DNA from: Propionibacteriaceae bacterium
Lineage (GTDB): Bacteria; Actinomycetota; Actinomycetes; Propionibacteriales; Propionibacteriaceae
Direction: 5' to 3'
DNA: 64,000 bases
Assembly: GCA_039811945.1 (NCBI GenBank)
Contig: JBDHZQ010000001.1
Coordinates: 162-64,161 of the forward strand
The notes below the pieces were generated by a model. The model made no database searches, had not been told where the DNA came from, and worked only from the letters and a program-made list of their open reading frames with translations. The position numbers were made by a program, and so were the translations under genes. Shown one piece after another: positions 29,015 through 39,141 of the stretch (within the stretch, counting starts at the first letter, position 1; every line of letters begins with the position of its first letter).

Positions 29015-30258
29015 GTGCTCCTGGTCAGGGCCGGGTGTTTGCCGGTCATCGACATGGTGGTGGGAACAGGCAGGGGCCGCCCGGGAAGGAGCAGGTTCCA
29101 GTAGATCTGCTCGAAGGCAAGCTTGCCGAGATGGTTGACCCGTGACTCCTTGAGGAGGCGCAGAGGCCCGACGACCGGCAGCGGGAAGTCGCCGGTCAGC
29201 GGTTCGACGTCATAGCTGAAGTCGAGCAGAAGTGCCTTGCTACGTCCGGTTTCGACAAAGCAGTTCGCATGCCCGTCGAACAGGCTCGTCATCGGCCGGC
29301 CCTCGGTGTGGGCGACGAAGTTCTCGACGAAGTGTTCGGCCTCGAAGTGCGCGACGGCTCCCGCCTTGGACGTGGGCACGTTGGTGGCGTCACCGATCGC
29401 GAAGATCGTGTCGTGGTCCGTGCTCAGCAGGGTGTGCTTGTCGACCGGCACGAATCCGAGGTCGTCGCCGAGTCCCGAATCGCTCACGAACGTCGCGCCT
29501 GCGTTGACGGGTACGGTCACCAGCAGGTCGAACGGGAGGCGACGGCCGTCGCACCCCACGAGTTCAGACCGCTCGTTGTCGATCTCGGAGACAGCGAAGT
29601 CGGGAGCCAGCCGTACGCTGCGATCGTCGAGCAGGTTCCCCAGCGCCTTCGAGGCGACCGGCTTCGTGAACGCCCCGTCCAGGGGCGTGACGAACGTGAT
29701 GTCGACCTTGTGCCGCATGCGCCGTTTGCGGAAGTAGTCGTCGGCGAGGAAGGCGAACTCCAAAGGTGCGACCGGGCATTTGATCGGCATCTCGCTGATG
29801 TGGACCAGCAGGCGCCCGCCTTCGAACTTTCCGAGCGCCTCGCGCAAGACCGTCGCCCCGTCGAGGGTGTAGAAGTCGAAAACTTTCTTGCGCCACAAGA
29901 ATCCGTCGGCCATTCCCGGAGTCAGGTCGGGCCTAGGACGGGTGCCGGAGGCGATGATCAGCCAGTCGTACGGCAGCGTTCGGCCGTCACCTAGCCGTAC
30001 CACCTTGGCTGCCGGATCGACCCTGGCCACCTCCCCCAGGACGAACTGGACGCCGTCGGCCAACTGGCCGCGGCGACTCTTGGCGACCCGTCCGGGGCGA
30101 TAGTGGCCGAAGGGAACGAACAGGTACCCGGGCTGGTAGTGGTGCGCGTCGTCGGAATCGACGGCGGTGATGGACCATGTGGAGTCGAGCCCCGCGCGGA
30201 GCCGATTGGCCACGATCGTGCCGGCGGTGCCGGCACCGAGAATGAGGACTCGTGCCAT
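29011..30258 (-). CDS. NAD(P)/FAD-dependent oxidoreductase, sulfide:quinone oxidoreductase-like
   Basis: MARVLILGAGTAGTIVANRL (ATG at 30258; the track start at 30324 would run through the tkt terminator hairpin). PIKCPVAPLEF and IFAIGDATN motifs. A 4-nt overlap couples it to the TusE/DsrC gene. Confidence 0.75.
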   Translation of the reverse strand: MARVLILGAGTAGTIVANRLRAGLDSTWSITAVDSDDAHHYQPGYLFVPFGHYRPGRVAKSRRGQLADGVQFVLGEVARVDPAAKVVRLGDGRTLPYDWLIIASGTRPRPDLTPGMADGFLWRKKVFDFYTLDGATVLREALGKFEGGRLLVHISEMPIKCPVAPLEFAFLADDYFRKRRMRHKVDITFVTPLDGAFTKPVASKALGNLLDDRSVRLAPDFAVSEIDNERSELVGCDGRRLPFDLLVTVPVNAGATFVSDSGLGDDLGFVPVDKHTLLSTDHDTIFAIGDATNVPTSKAGAVAHFEAEHFVENFVAHTEGRPMTSLFDGHANCFVETGRSKALLLDFSYDVEPLTGDFPLPVVGPLRLLKESRVNHLGKLAFEQIYWNLLLPGRPLPVPTTMSMTGKHPALTRST

Positions 30259-30324
30259 GATGCCGACGATACCCCCGCGGGTATGAATGGGAACGGCGGG
30301 GGTCTCGATTGCCGTACGCAGCAC

Positions 30325-30358
30325 GAGGCCCCGACCCGTGGGTACGGATCGGGGCCTC
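30325..30358 (-). terminator. Hairpin downstream of tkt (intrinsic terminator candidate)
   Basis: Perfect 10-bp GC-rich stem, GAGGCCCCGA / TCGGGGCCTC, with a 14-nt loop, 16 nt after the tkt stop. No U-tract, as is common in actinobacteria. Confidence 0.55.
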
Positions 30359-30373
30359 GTCGGCAGAACTGGT

Positions 30374-32446
30374 TCAGCCGATCAGTTCCTTGGCCGCAGT
30401 GGCGACGGCCTCGGCGGTGATGCCGAACTCCTGGTACAACAGAGGCGCAGCAGCCGACGCACCGAAGTGGTCGATGCCGATGCTCGCCGAGTTGGCGCCG
30501 AGCACGTCCTTCCAGCCGATCGGGCTCGCTGCCTCGACAGAGACGCGCGGCAAGTCACGCGGCAGGACCGAGTCCTTGTAGTCCTGGTCCTGCTCGTTGA
30601 ACCACTCGACGCACGGCATCGAGACCACGCTGGCGGCGATCCCGTCGGCCTTGAGCAGGTCGGCAGCAGCGGCAGCGATCTCGAGTTCGGAACCCGTACC
30701 CACCAGCACCACCTGGGCGTTCTCGGCCGGGGCCAAGACGTACCCGCCCTTCGCGACGCCGTCGGTGCTGGCGAAGCCCGAGCCCTCGGAACGATCGAAG
30801 ACCCGCAGGTCCTGGCGCGACAGGATGAGTCCGACCGGAGCGTCCTTGCGCAGGATCGCAGCCCAGGCGGCGGCGGTCTCGTTGGCATCGCCGGGGCGAA
30901 CCACGGCGAACTTCGGGATCAACCGCAGCGACGGCACGTGCTCGATCGGCTGATGGGTGGGGCCGTCCTCGCCGACACCGATGCTGTCGTGGGTCCACAC
31001 GAACGTCGACGGCGCGTCGGAGATCGCGGCCAGCCGGGCCGTGGGACGCATGTAGTCGGAGAACACCAGGAACGTGCCGCCGTACGGACGGGTCAGACCC
31101 GACAACGCGATCGCGTTGACAATGCCGCCCATCGCGTGCTCGCGAATACCGAAGTGGAGGGTACGGCCGTTGGGCCCCCCGACGAAGTCGTGGCTCGAGC
31201 GCTCCGACGGCAAGAAGGAGGGCTGGCCCTTCATCGTGGTGTTGTTCGAGCCGGCGAGGTCGGCCGAACCGCCCCACAGTTCGGGTACGGCGCTGGCGAG
31301 GGCGCTCAGCGTGTCGCCTGAGGCCGCGCGAGTCGACTTCTTCTTGTCGGCCGGGAAGACCGGCAACGCTGCGTCGAGGTCGGCCGGCAGTTCACGCTTC
31401 TGCACTCGCTCGAGCAGAGCCGCCTGGTCAGGGTTCGCGGCCTTCCACGCGTCGAACCTGGGCTGCCACTCCGCCTTCGCCGCCGCAGCGCGGTCGGCTG
31501 CGTTCTTGCGCGTGTACGCCAGAACCTCGGGGTCGACGTCGAAGGACTTCTCGGGGTCGAATCCGAGCTCCTGCTTGAGGGCTGCCACTTCGGCGGCACC
31601 GAGCTTCGAACCGTGAACGGAGTGGTCACCCTGCTTGTTCGGTAGCGGCCAGCCGATGATCGTCGTCACCTTGATGAACGAGGGACGATCGGTCACGGCC
31701 TTCGCACGGTCGATCGCGTCGTAAAGTTCGGCGACCTTCTCCTCGTACGTGGTGAAGCCGTTGGTGAAGTCGACGTGCTGGGTGTGCCAGCCGTACGCGG
31801 CGTAGCGACCCTCGACGTCCTCGGAGAAGGCGATCTTGGTGTCGCCCTCGATCGAGATCCGGTTGTCGTCGTAGATGAGGATCAAGTTGCCCAGATTCTG
31901 GGTCGCGGCGAGGGACGACGCCTCGGAGGCCACACCCTCCTGCATGCAGCCGTCGCCTGCGATCGCGTAGACGAAGCGGTCGAACACCGACTCACCGGCC
32001 ACCGCATTGGGGTCGTACAACTGCTGTTCCTTGCGGGCTGCCATGGCAAACCCGACCGCGTTGGAGACGCCCGCTCCCAGGGGGCCGGTCGTGCACTCGA
32101 CGCCCTTGGTGTGGTGCACCTCCGGGTGGCCGGGCGTCAACGAGCCCCATGTGCGCAGAGAGGCGATGTCTTCGACCTGCAGGCCGAAGCCGGCCAGGAA
32201 GAGCTGGTTGTACTGGGTGAGCGAGGAATGGCCAGCGCTGAGCACGAACCGATCCCGACCGATCCAGGAGGGGTCGGCAGGATCGTGCTGCATGACTTTC
32301 TGGTACAGCAGGTATGCGATCGGGGCGAGCGAGATCGCCGTACCAGGGTGACCGTTGCCGACCTTTTCGACGGCGTCGGCAGCGAGGACTCGCGCGGTGT
32401 CGACGGCCTTTTTGTCGAGCTCAGACCAAGTCAAAGAGGTGTTCAC
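30374..32446 (-). CDS. tkt: Transketolase
   Basis: 690 aa. GHPGTAISLAPIAY, the ThDP motif GDGCMQEGVASEA, and HDSIGVGEDGPTHQPIEH. Confidence 0.97.
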   Translation of the reverse strand: MNTSLTWSELDKKAVDTARVLAADAVEKVGNGHPGTAISLAPIAYLLYQKVMQHDPADPSWIGRDRFVLSAGHSSLTQYNQLFLAGFGLQVEDIASLRTWGSLTPGHPEVHHTKGVECTTGPLGAGVSNAVGFAMAARKEQQLYDPNAVAGESVFDRFVYAIAGDGCMQEGVASEASSLAATQNLGNLILIYDDNRISIEGDTKIAFSEDVEGRYAAYGWHTQHVDFTNGFTTYEEKVAELYDAIDRAKAVTDRPSFIKVTTIIGWPLPNKQGDHSVHGSKLGAAEVAALKQELGFDPEKSFDVDPEVLAYTRKNAADRAAAAKAEWQPRFDAWKAANPDQAALLERVQKRELPADLDAALPVFPADKKKSTRAASGDTLSALASAVPELWGGSADLAGSNNTTMKGQPSFLPSERSSHDFVGGPNGRTLHFGIREHAMGGIVNAIALSGLTRPYGGTFLVFSDYMRPTARLAAISDAPSTFVWTHDSIGVGEDGPTHQPIEHVPSLRLIPKFAVVRPGDANETAAAWAAILRKDAPVGLILSRQDLRVFDRSEGSGFASTDGVAKGGYVLAPAENAQVVLVGTGSELEIAAAAADLLKADGIAASVVSMPCVEWFNEQDQDYKDSVLPRDLPRVSVEAASPIGWKDVLGANSASIGIDHFGASAAAPLLYQEFGITAEAVATAAKELIG

Positions 32447-32588
32447 AGGGCGGCGCCTTTCAAGGACGGAATGGCTTCACCCGGCAGTGGCCGGGTCCTA
32501 TCGGAACCTTAGGCTTTCAGCCCGTCCGGCGCAGACCGAACGTTTGGAGACTGTTGCCAAACGGCCCTATGGGAGGCGAGACCGCCCC

Positions 32589-33914
32589 CTACCCTTCCAG
32601 CAGTTCGGCGTTCTTCCGCTCGGGCAGGAACAGAGAACCGACGGTGGCGAGCAAGAACGCCACGGCGAACGCACCGAAGGCGAGCGGGCGGCCCCCGACC
32701 GGCACGAGGTACGGGATCGACAGCGGGGCAATCATCGCTGCGATACGTCCGAAGGCCGCGGCAGCGCCCGTACCCGTGCCTCGGATCGTGGTCGGGTAGA
32801 CCTCAGGCCCCACGGCGTAGAGCGCACCCCAGGCGCCCAGGTTGAAGAACGAGAGCAAACAGCCGGCACCGATGACGTATCCGGCGGTGAGCGGCTGCTG
32901 CGAGACGGCCCAGCCGAACAGTCCGGCGGCCACGGCCGAACCGGCGAGGAACGTCGCCAAGGTCGCCCTACGCCCCCAGACCTCGATCAGGAAGGCGGCT
33001 GCGCCGTACCCGGGTAACTGAGCGAGCGTGATGATCAGCGTCCAACCGAACGACTTGGTCAGGCTCGCGTCGCCAGCGCTCAGCAGGGTGGGAATCCACG
33101 TGAACGCGCCGTAGTACGAGAAGTTGATCCCGAACCAGACCGCCCAGAGCGCCGCCGTCCGTACCCGCAGCCGCGCCGACCAGATCGACTCGGTCTTCGC
33201 CGACACAGGATCGGGGTCGCGGGTCGGGGCCGGGTCGAGACCGGCTGTTTCCTCGAACAGGCGTACGGCTTTCTCGGCCTCGGCGTCTCGGCCCTTCGAT
33301 TCGAGGAACCGCACGGATTCGGGGAGCCCGAAGCGCACGACGAGGGCGTAGATCGCTGGCACGAGACCGGCGGCCAGCGCCCACCGCCAGCCGTCGGGGT
33401 GGGTGGGGATCAGGAAGTACCCGAGCAGTGCGGCCATGATCCAGCCGATGGCCCAGAAGGCCTCCAGGGCGACGACGACTCGGCCTCGGATCTTCTTCGG
33501 GGCGTACTCGCTCACGAGCGTCGAGGCGACGGGTAGTTCGGCGCCGAGACCGATGCCCACGACGAACCGCAGCGCCATCAGCATCGCGACGCTGGTGGAC
33601 AGGGCCGCGGCGCCGGTGGCAATGCCGTACACCAGCAGGGTCAGGGCGAAGACCTGCCGGCGTCCGATGCGGTCAGCCAGCAGACCGCCGAGACTCGCTC
33701 CGGCAGCCATGCCGACGAAGCCGATCGACCCGATCCAGCCCAACGTGGTCGTGTCGAGTTGCCATTGCTTCGCCAAGGCGGCCATCACGAATCCGATGAG
33801 TCCGACATCCATGGCATCCAAGGCCCAACCGATGCCCGACCCGGCCAGCAGCGTGCCGTGTCGGCGTGTAAAGGGGAGCCGATCGAGTCGCTCCGAGCGC
33901 GTCATAGCGGTCAT
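32589..33914 (-). CDS. MFS transporter (sugar porter / metabolite:H+ symporter-like)
   Basis: 441 aa with 12 TM helices. GGLLADRIGRRQVF and PESVRFLESKGR motifs. Confidence 0.85.
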   Translation of the reverse strand: MTAMTRSERLDRLPFTRRHGTLLAGSGIGWALDAMDVGLIGFVMAALAKQWQLDTTTLGWIGSIGFVGMAAGASLGGLLADRIGRRQVFALTLLVYGIATGAAALSTSVAMLMALRFVVGIGLGAELPVASTLVSEYAPKKIRGRVVVALEAFWAIGWIMAALLGYFLIPTHPDGWRWALAAGLVPAIYALVVRFGLPESVRFLESKGRDAEAEKAVRLFEETAGLDPAPTRDPDPVSAKTESIWSARLRVRTAALWAVWFGINFSYYGAFTWIPTLLSAGDASLTKSFGWTLIITLAQLPGYGAAAFLIEVWGRRATLATFLAGSAVAAGLFGWAVSQQPLTAGYVIGAGCLLSFFNLGAWGALYAVGPEVYPTTIRGTGTGAAAAFGRIAAMIAPLSIPYLVPVGGRPLAFGAFAVAFLLATVGSLFLPERKNAELLEG

Positions 33915-33994
33915 GTTTGTAGTCTATAAGTACAAGAAAGCTCGAGGCTAGATGCGGCCGCAGTGGTACCCGCACGGCGTGCCAAGGTGGTGCC

Positions 33995-34975
33995 ATGAAG
34001 GGCACACGGTTCTACGAGGACGCCCCCATCGAGGACATCTACCGTTGGTGGGGCGCGGAGGCCGCGGGCTCGTCGCCGGCGTGGGAACGGGTCTGCAACC
34101 AAGTGGCGACCACCGCGGAACTCCAGGCGCTGCTCGAATCACTTCCGGGTGCGAAACGGCAGCCGAACCTGTTCCTGGGAGCACTGCGGTACCTCGGCGG
34201 CCCGCAGGAAGCGGGCGACGACCTGCTGGCCTGGGTGCTCGGCCACTGGCCCGACATCCGGCACACGATCCTCACCCGTCACACCCAGACCAACGAGGTC
34301 GGACGCTGTGCGGTGCTCGCCCCGGTGCTCGCCTCGCTGCCCCAGCCGATCGCGCTGATCGAGGTCGGCATGTCGGCGGGGTTGTGCTTGTTCCACGATC
34401 TGTACCGGTATCGGTGGTCCGTCGACGGTCACGTCACGACGGCCGGTTCGGGCGACGTGCTCGTGGAGTGTCGAGTTTCTGGTGGCGGCCTGCCCCTGGC
34501 CGTACCCGCCATCGCGTGGCGCGGCGGAAGTGACCGAAACCCCCTCGATCCAGCCGACTCCGACGACGCGCGCTGGCTGCAGGCCCTGGTCTGGCCCGGC
34601 GAATCGGCCCGCGAACGACGCCTCGACGCTGCCCTGGCCGTCGCGGCTGATCAGCCCGTTCATCGCGTGACCGGGGACGTGACGGCCACCTTGCCCGACC
34701 TCGTGGCCGCGGTCCCGGCCGGCCTGACCACCGTCGTGGTCCACTCCGCCGTGCTGGCCTACCTCGACCGTCACGCGCGCGAACGGCACATCGCACTGCT
34801 CAAGGACTTAGGAGTTCGCTGGGTCACCAACGAGGGCATGCGCGTCGTCGCCGAGGTACGGCATCGCCTCCCCCGCGGGTTCGAGGACGACTCCCGGCCG
34901 TGCTTCGTGCTCGCACTCGACGGCCAACCACTGGCCCGTGTCGGCTCCCACGGGCAGTGGCTGGAGTGGCTGTAG
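33995..34975 (+). CDS. DUF2332 domain-containing protein
   Basis: 326 aa. FYEDAPIEDIYRWWGAEAAGSSPAWERV...RQPNLFLGALRYLGG matches my memory of DUF2332. Confidence 0.7.
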   Translation: MKGTRFYEDAPIEDIYRWWGAEAAGSSPAWERVCNQVATTAELQALLESLPGAKRQPNLFLGALRYLGGPQEAGDDLLAWVLGHWPDIRHTILTRHTQTNEVGRCAVLAPVLASLPQPIALIEVGMSAGLCLFHDLYRYRWSVDGHVTTAGSGDVLVECRVSGGGLPLAVPAIAWRGGSDRNPLDPADSDDARWLQALVWPGESARERRLDAALAVAADQPVHRVTGDVTATLPDLVAAVPAGLTTVVVHSAVLAYLDRHARERHIALLKDLGVRWVTNEGMRVVAEVRHRLPRGFEDDSRPCFVLALDGQPLARVGSHGQWLEWL

Positions 34976-34976
34976 G

Positions 34977-36143
34977 TCAGAGGACCCGCGCGGTCAGCAC
35001 CCCGGGGATCGCGCGCACCTGGGCCAGTACGTCCGGACCGATCTCACCTTCGACGTCGATGAGCGTGTAGGCCAGGTCGCCGCGCGACTTGTTGAGCAGG
35101 TCGGCGATGTTGAGGCCGGCTTCGGCGAGCAGCGTCGAGATCTGACCGACCATGTTCGGCACATTGGAGTTCGCGATGGCCAACCGAGCCGTACCTGGCG
35201 CCCTCCGCAGCTTCGCCTCCGGAAAGTTCACCGAATTGGTGATCTCGCCGCGATCCAGGAAGGCTCTCAACTGGTCAGCGGCCATCACCGCGCAGTTGTC
35301 CTCCGCCTCGCCCGTGGACGCGCCCAGGTGGGGCAGCGAGATGACCCGCGGGTGGGCGAGCAACGCTGCGGACGGGAAGTCGCACACGTACGCCCGCAAC
35401 TGTCCCGAGTCCAGGGCCGCTAGCACCGCTTCGGTATCGACGATCCCGCTGCGTGCGAAGTTGAGGAGTACGGCTCCGGGCCTCACGAGCGCGAGCCGAC
35501 CGGCATCGACGAGGCCTTTGGTGGCCTCGATCAGGGGGACGTGAATCGTGATCAGGTCGGACCCTGCGAACACGTCGTCGATCGTGGCTGCACGCTCGAT
35601 GTCGCTGGACAGCTGCCAGGCATGGCGGATCGTGATCTGCGGGTCGAACCCGAGCACGTGCATGCCGAGGCTGCGCGCGGCGTTGGCGACCTGGACGCCG
35701 ATCGCACCCAGGCCGATCACGCCGAGGGTGCGGCCCGGCAGTTCGAAGCCGACGAACGCCTTCTTGCCTTTCTCGGTCGCCGCGTCGATCTCGGGATCGG
35801 AACCGGTGAGTTCGCTCGCGAACCTGGCCGCGGGGATGATCTGGCGCGCCGCGAGCAACATGCCGGCAATCACCAGCTCCTTCACCGCATTCGCGTTGGC
35901 ACCAGGGGTATTGAACACCACCACGCCCCGCTCCGACAGCGCCGGCACCGGGATGTTGTTCGTGCCCGCCCCTGCCCGAGCGATCGCCTTCACTTGGTCG
36001 GGAAGCTCCACCTCGTGAAGGTTGGCCGAGCGCACCAGGATGCCGTCGGGGTGTTCGACATCGGCTCCGACCTCGTAGTCGTCAGGCAACCGTTCGAGGC
36101 CGAGGGAACTGATCGCGTTGTACGTACGGATGCGATACGACAC
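34977..36143 (-). CDS. serA: D-3-phosphoglycerate dehydrogenase-like 2-hydroxyacid dehydrogenase with C-terminal ACT domain
   Basis: 388 aa. NAD fold GVIGLGAIGVQVA and the catalytic region NFARSG...LPHLGAST. Lies immediately downstream of serC. Confidence 0.8.
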   Translation of the reverse strand: MSYRIRTYNAISSLGLERLPDDYEVGADVEHPDGILVRSANLHEVELPDQVKAIARAGAGTNNIPVPALSERGVVVFNTPGANANAVKELVIAGMLLAARQIIPAARFASELTGSDPEIDAATEKGKKAFVGFELPGRTLGVIGLGAIGVQVANAARSLGMHVLGFDPQITIRHAWQLSSDIERAATIDDVFAGSDLITIHVPLIEATKGLVDAGRLALVRPGAVLLNFARSGIVDTEAVLAALDSGQLRAYVCDFPSAALLAHPRVISLPHLGASTGEAEDNCAVMAADQLRAFLDRGEITNSVNFPEAKLRRAPGTARLAIANSNVPNMVGQISTLLAEAGLNIADLLNKSRGDLAYTLIDVEGEIGPDVLAQVRAIPGVLTARVL

Positions 36144-36146
36144 CCG

Positions 36147-37229
36147 TTAGCCGTTCTTCTCGGCGAACTCGGTCATGAACGCGATGAGGGCGTCGACCCC
36201 TTCGCGTGGCATGGCGTTGTAGATACTCGCGCGCATGCCGCCCACCGACCGGTGGCCCGCCAGGAACATGAGCCCGGCCGCGTCCGCCTCCTTGACGAAC
36301 TGCTTGTCCAACTCAGGATTGGCCAACAGGAACGGCACGTTCATGATCGACCGGCTCTCCACCGCCACCGGGTTGGAGTAGAAGTCGTGACCGTCGATGA
36401 AGCCGTACAGAGCAGCCGCTTTCTCGGCGTTGAGCTTGCCGATGCCCTCGGCGCCGCCCTGCCGCTCCACCCACTTCAGGATCTTGCCCAGGAGGTACAG
36501 GCCGAACGTGGGGGGCGTGTTCGTCATCGAGTCGTTGGCGGCCATGCCGGCCCAGTCGACAATCGTCGGCGTCGCGAGGCGGGCACTGCCGAGCAAGTCC
36601 TTGCGCACGATGACCAGGCACATGCCGGCCGGGCCCAAGTTCTTCTGAGTGCCGGCGAAGATCACGCCGAACTTCGACACGTCCATCGGCCCCGACAGGA
36701 TCATCGAGCTCATGTCGGCGACCAGGGGCACGTCACCGGTCTCGGGAATGTAGGGGAACGCGACGCCACCGATCGTCTCGTTCGGCGTGTAGTGGAGGTA
36801 CTTGGCACCAGGGGTGAGCTCATAGGAACCAGCGGCGGGAGTTGTCGTGTAGCCCGACGCCTTCTCGTCTGCGATGACGCGAACGTCGACCCCGAACTTC
36901 TTGGCCTCCGAGATCGCCTTGGCCGACCACTGGCCGGTGTTCAGAAAATCGACGGCGTCACCCGCGGCGGTCAGGTTGAGCGGAATCGCCGCGAACTGAC
37001 CGGTGGCGCCACCCTGCAGGAACAGCACGGCGTAGTCGTCGGGAACGCCCATGACCGACCGGACGAGCGCCTCGGTCTCGGCCGCACAGGCGACGAATGC
37101 CTTGCCGCGGTGGGAGACCTCCATGACGGACATGCCGGAGCCCTGCCAATCGGTGAGCTCGGCCTTCGCCTCCTCGAGCACCTCGTGAGGCATGACAGCG
37201 GGACCAGCGGAGAAGTTGTAGACAGCCAC
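36147..37229 (-). CDS. serC: Phosphoserine aminotransferase
   Basis: 360 aa. YNFSAGPAVMP, FLQGGATGQF and the PLP-Lys region FAGTQKNLGPAG. Confidence 0.93.
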   Translation of the reverse strand: MAVYNFSAGPAVMPHEVLEEAKAELTDWQGSGMSVMEVSHRGKAFVACAAETEALVRSVMGVPDDYAVLFLQGGATGQFAAIPLNLTAAGDAVDFLNTGQWSAKAISEAKKFGVDVRVIADEKASGYTTTPAAGSYELTPGAKYLHYTPNETIGGVAFPYIPETGDVPLVADMSSMILSGPMDVSKFGVIFAGTQKNLGPAGMCLVIVRKDLLGSARLATPTIVDWAGMAANDSMTNTPPTFGLYLLGKILKWVERQGGAEGIGKLNAEKAAALYGFIDGHDFYSNPVAVESRSIMNVPFLLANPELDKQFVKEADAAGLMFLAGHRSVGGMRASIYNAMPREGVDALIAFMTEFAEKNG

Positions 37230-37330
37230 GGGGGCATCCTTTCATTCGCCCGTGACTCGCCGGCAACCGGCGTCGTCAGTTGCCGCCTGCCGTACCCTCG
37301 AACGAGCCCGACAGAAAGGTTGTCCTCGAC

Positions 37331-38137
37331 GTGAACGATCGAGTCGTCGTCATCACCGGAGCCAGCGACGGGATCGGCGCCGCCGCCGCCGAGGCCCTGA
37401 ATCGGCCCGGAACCCGCGTGGTGCTGGTCGGTCGGTCACCTGCCAAGACCGAGGCCGTGGCCGCCTCGTTGGGCGTCGAACACCACGTCTGCGATTTCTC
37501 GTCCCTGGCCCAGGTACGGCAGTTGGCCCAGACCCTGGGTGGTCGGCATCCTCGCATCGACGTCCTGGCGAACAACGCCGGTGGGGTGATGCCCCGGCGG
37601 TCCGTGACCGAAGACGGGTACGAGACAACGATCCAGGTCAACTACCTCGCCCCGTTCCTGCTCACCCGGCTGCTGCTGCCGAACCTACGAGCCGGAGACG
37701 GCGTCGTCGTCGTCACCGCCAGCGACGCCGCCCGGCGGGGACGCATCGACCTGGCCGACCTCTCACTGGCGCGTCGATGGACGTCGTTCGGCGCCTATGC
37801 GAACTCCAAGCTCGCCGACATCTGTTTCGCCCGGGGGATGTCCCGCCGCTGGGCCGGAATCCGGGCCGCCTCCTTCCATCCCGGCGTCGTGGCCTCGAAC
37901 TTCGGAAGCAACGGACCAGCCTTCGTGGCCAGGTTCTACGGGTTGGCGTCCCGGTTCATGCTCGACAGCCAGGCCGGGGCCGACACGCTGGTGTGGTTGG
38001 CGAGCGATCGATCGGCCGTGGATTGGGAGAACGGCGGGTACTACGTGCGCCGCCAGTCCGCCCAATTCCCGGGGCAGGCCGCCGACACCGGTTTCGTGGA
38101 CCGCCTGTTCGACGCCACCGACCTGATCCTGGCGTGA
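37331..38137 (+). CDS. SDR family oxidoreductase
   Basis: VNDRVVVITGASDGIGAAAA (TGxxxGxG) and YANSKLAD (YxxxK). The GTG at 37331 is preferred over the track start at 37280, which would leave only 50 bp to the divergent serC. Confidence 0.85.
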   Translation: MNDRVVVITGASDGIGAAAAEALNRPGTRVVLVGRSPAKTEAVAASLGVEHHVCDFSSLAQVRQLAQTLGGRHPRIDVLANNAGGVMPRRSVTEDGYETTIQVNYLAPFLLTRLLLPNLRAGDGVVVVTASDAARRGRIDLADLSLARRWTSFGAYANSKLADICFARGMSRRWAGIRAASFHPGVVASNFGSNGPAFVARFYGLASRFMLDSQAGADTLVWLASDRSAVDWENGGYYVRRQSAQFPGQAADTGFVDRLFDATDLILA

Positions 38138-38144
38138 CCGCCGG

Positions 38145-39062
38145 TCAGCCGCGCGACAACGCCAGATAGAGCGTTGGCATCACGACGATGCCGACCAGAA
38201 TCGACACCGAGTTCACGAACGTCGAGATGCTCACATCGCCTCCGATCTCTTGGGTGAATCCGGGGATCATCGATGCCACCGGCGCGAACAGGATCATCAT
38301 CGTGGTGAGCCGAACCTCGGTCGGGAACGGCAGCAGGAACCAGACGCCCGCGGCGAAGAGCGCCGCCAGCACGTAGCGGGTCACCAGCACCCTGACGGCC
38401 ACACCCAGCTTGTGGCGAGGCAGCCGGATCTCCAATCCGATCCCGATCATCAGCATGGCCAGGAACGGGTTGGCTGCCCCCACCAGCGTCGTGAACGCGA
38501 GCACCGGCGCAGGCAGGTGCCAGTCCAGCAGGCGGATCACCACGAGCACGAAGTAGGTGAGGAACACCGGCGACGCGAACATCGTCCAGAGGTACGACGC
38601 GACCGTCGTCTTCTTCTCCGGCGTCGCGACCGCGTGGGCCGTACTGCGACCGAGGCCCGCGGCGGACAGTGAATTGCCGACGTCGAACAAGGAGGCATAG
38701 ACCAGGGCGCTGGGCCCCAGGAACCCCGAGAGGTACGGAATCGCGAACGCGCCGATGTTGTACGTCCCGCCGTGCAGAACCCCGAATCCTCGCTCGACTG
38801 CGGTCCCCGACCGGGCCTGGAGGTAGCCGATCAGTTGCTGGGTCATGTTGACGACGATCGCCACCACGGCCAGTCCGAGCAGCGCTAGGTCGATCGTGAA
38901 CCCGTCGAACGACGTCGCCAAAGCGCAGGGCAGCGTGATCTGCAGCACGAGCTTGGAGAAGATCGGAAAGTCCGTGGCTTTGACCCAGCCGGCCCGCTTG
39001 ACGAGGTTGCCGATCACCACGATGACGACCAGGATCAGCGCCTTCGTCAGGATCTCGACCAC
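38145..39062 (-). CDS. AEC (auxin efflux carrier) family transporter
   Basis: 305 aa with about 10 TM helices. The N-terminus MVEILTKALILVVIVVIGNLVKRAG is typical of the family. Confidence 0.8.
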   Translation of the reverse strand: MVEILTKALILVVIVVIGNLVKRAGWVKATDFPIFSKLVLQITLPCALATSFDGFTIDLALLGLAVVAIVVNMTQQLIGYLQARSGTAVERGFGVLHGGTYNIGAFAIPYLSGFLGPSALVYASLFDVGNSLSAAGLGRSTAHAVATPEKKTTVASYLWTMFASPVFLTYFVLVVIRLLDWHLPAPVLAFTTLVGAANPFLAMLMIGIGLEIRLPRHKLGVAVRVLVTRYVLAALFAAGVWFLLPFPTEVRLTTMMILFAPVASMIPGFTQEIGGDVSISTFVNSVSILVGIVVMPTLYLALSRG

Positions 39063-39141
39063 TCTGCTCCCACCCCGTGCGTGCGTGGCTCGATCGTTTC
39101 ACTGACGAGCGTCGGGAGCCGCAGGGGTCCACTTCTCGTCG

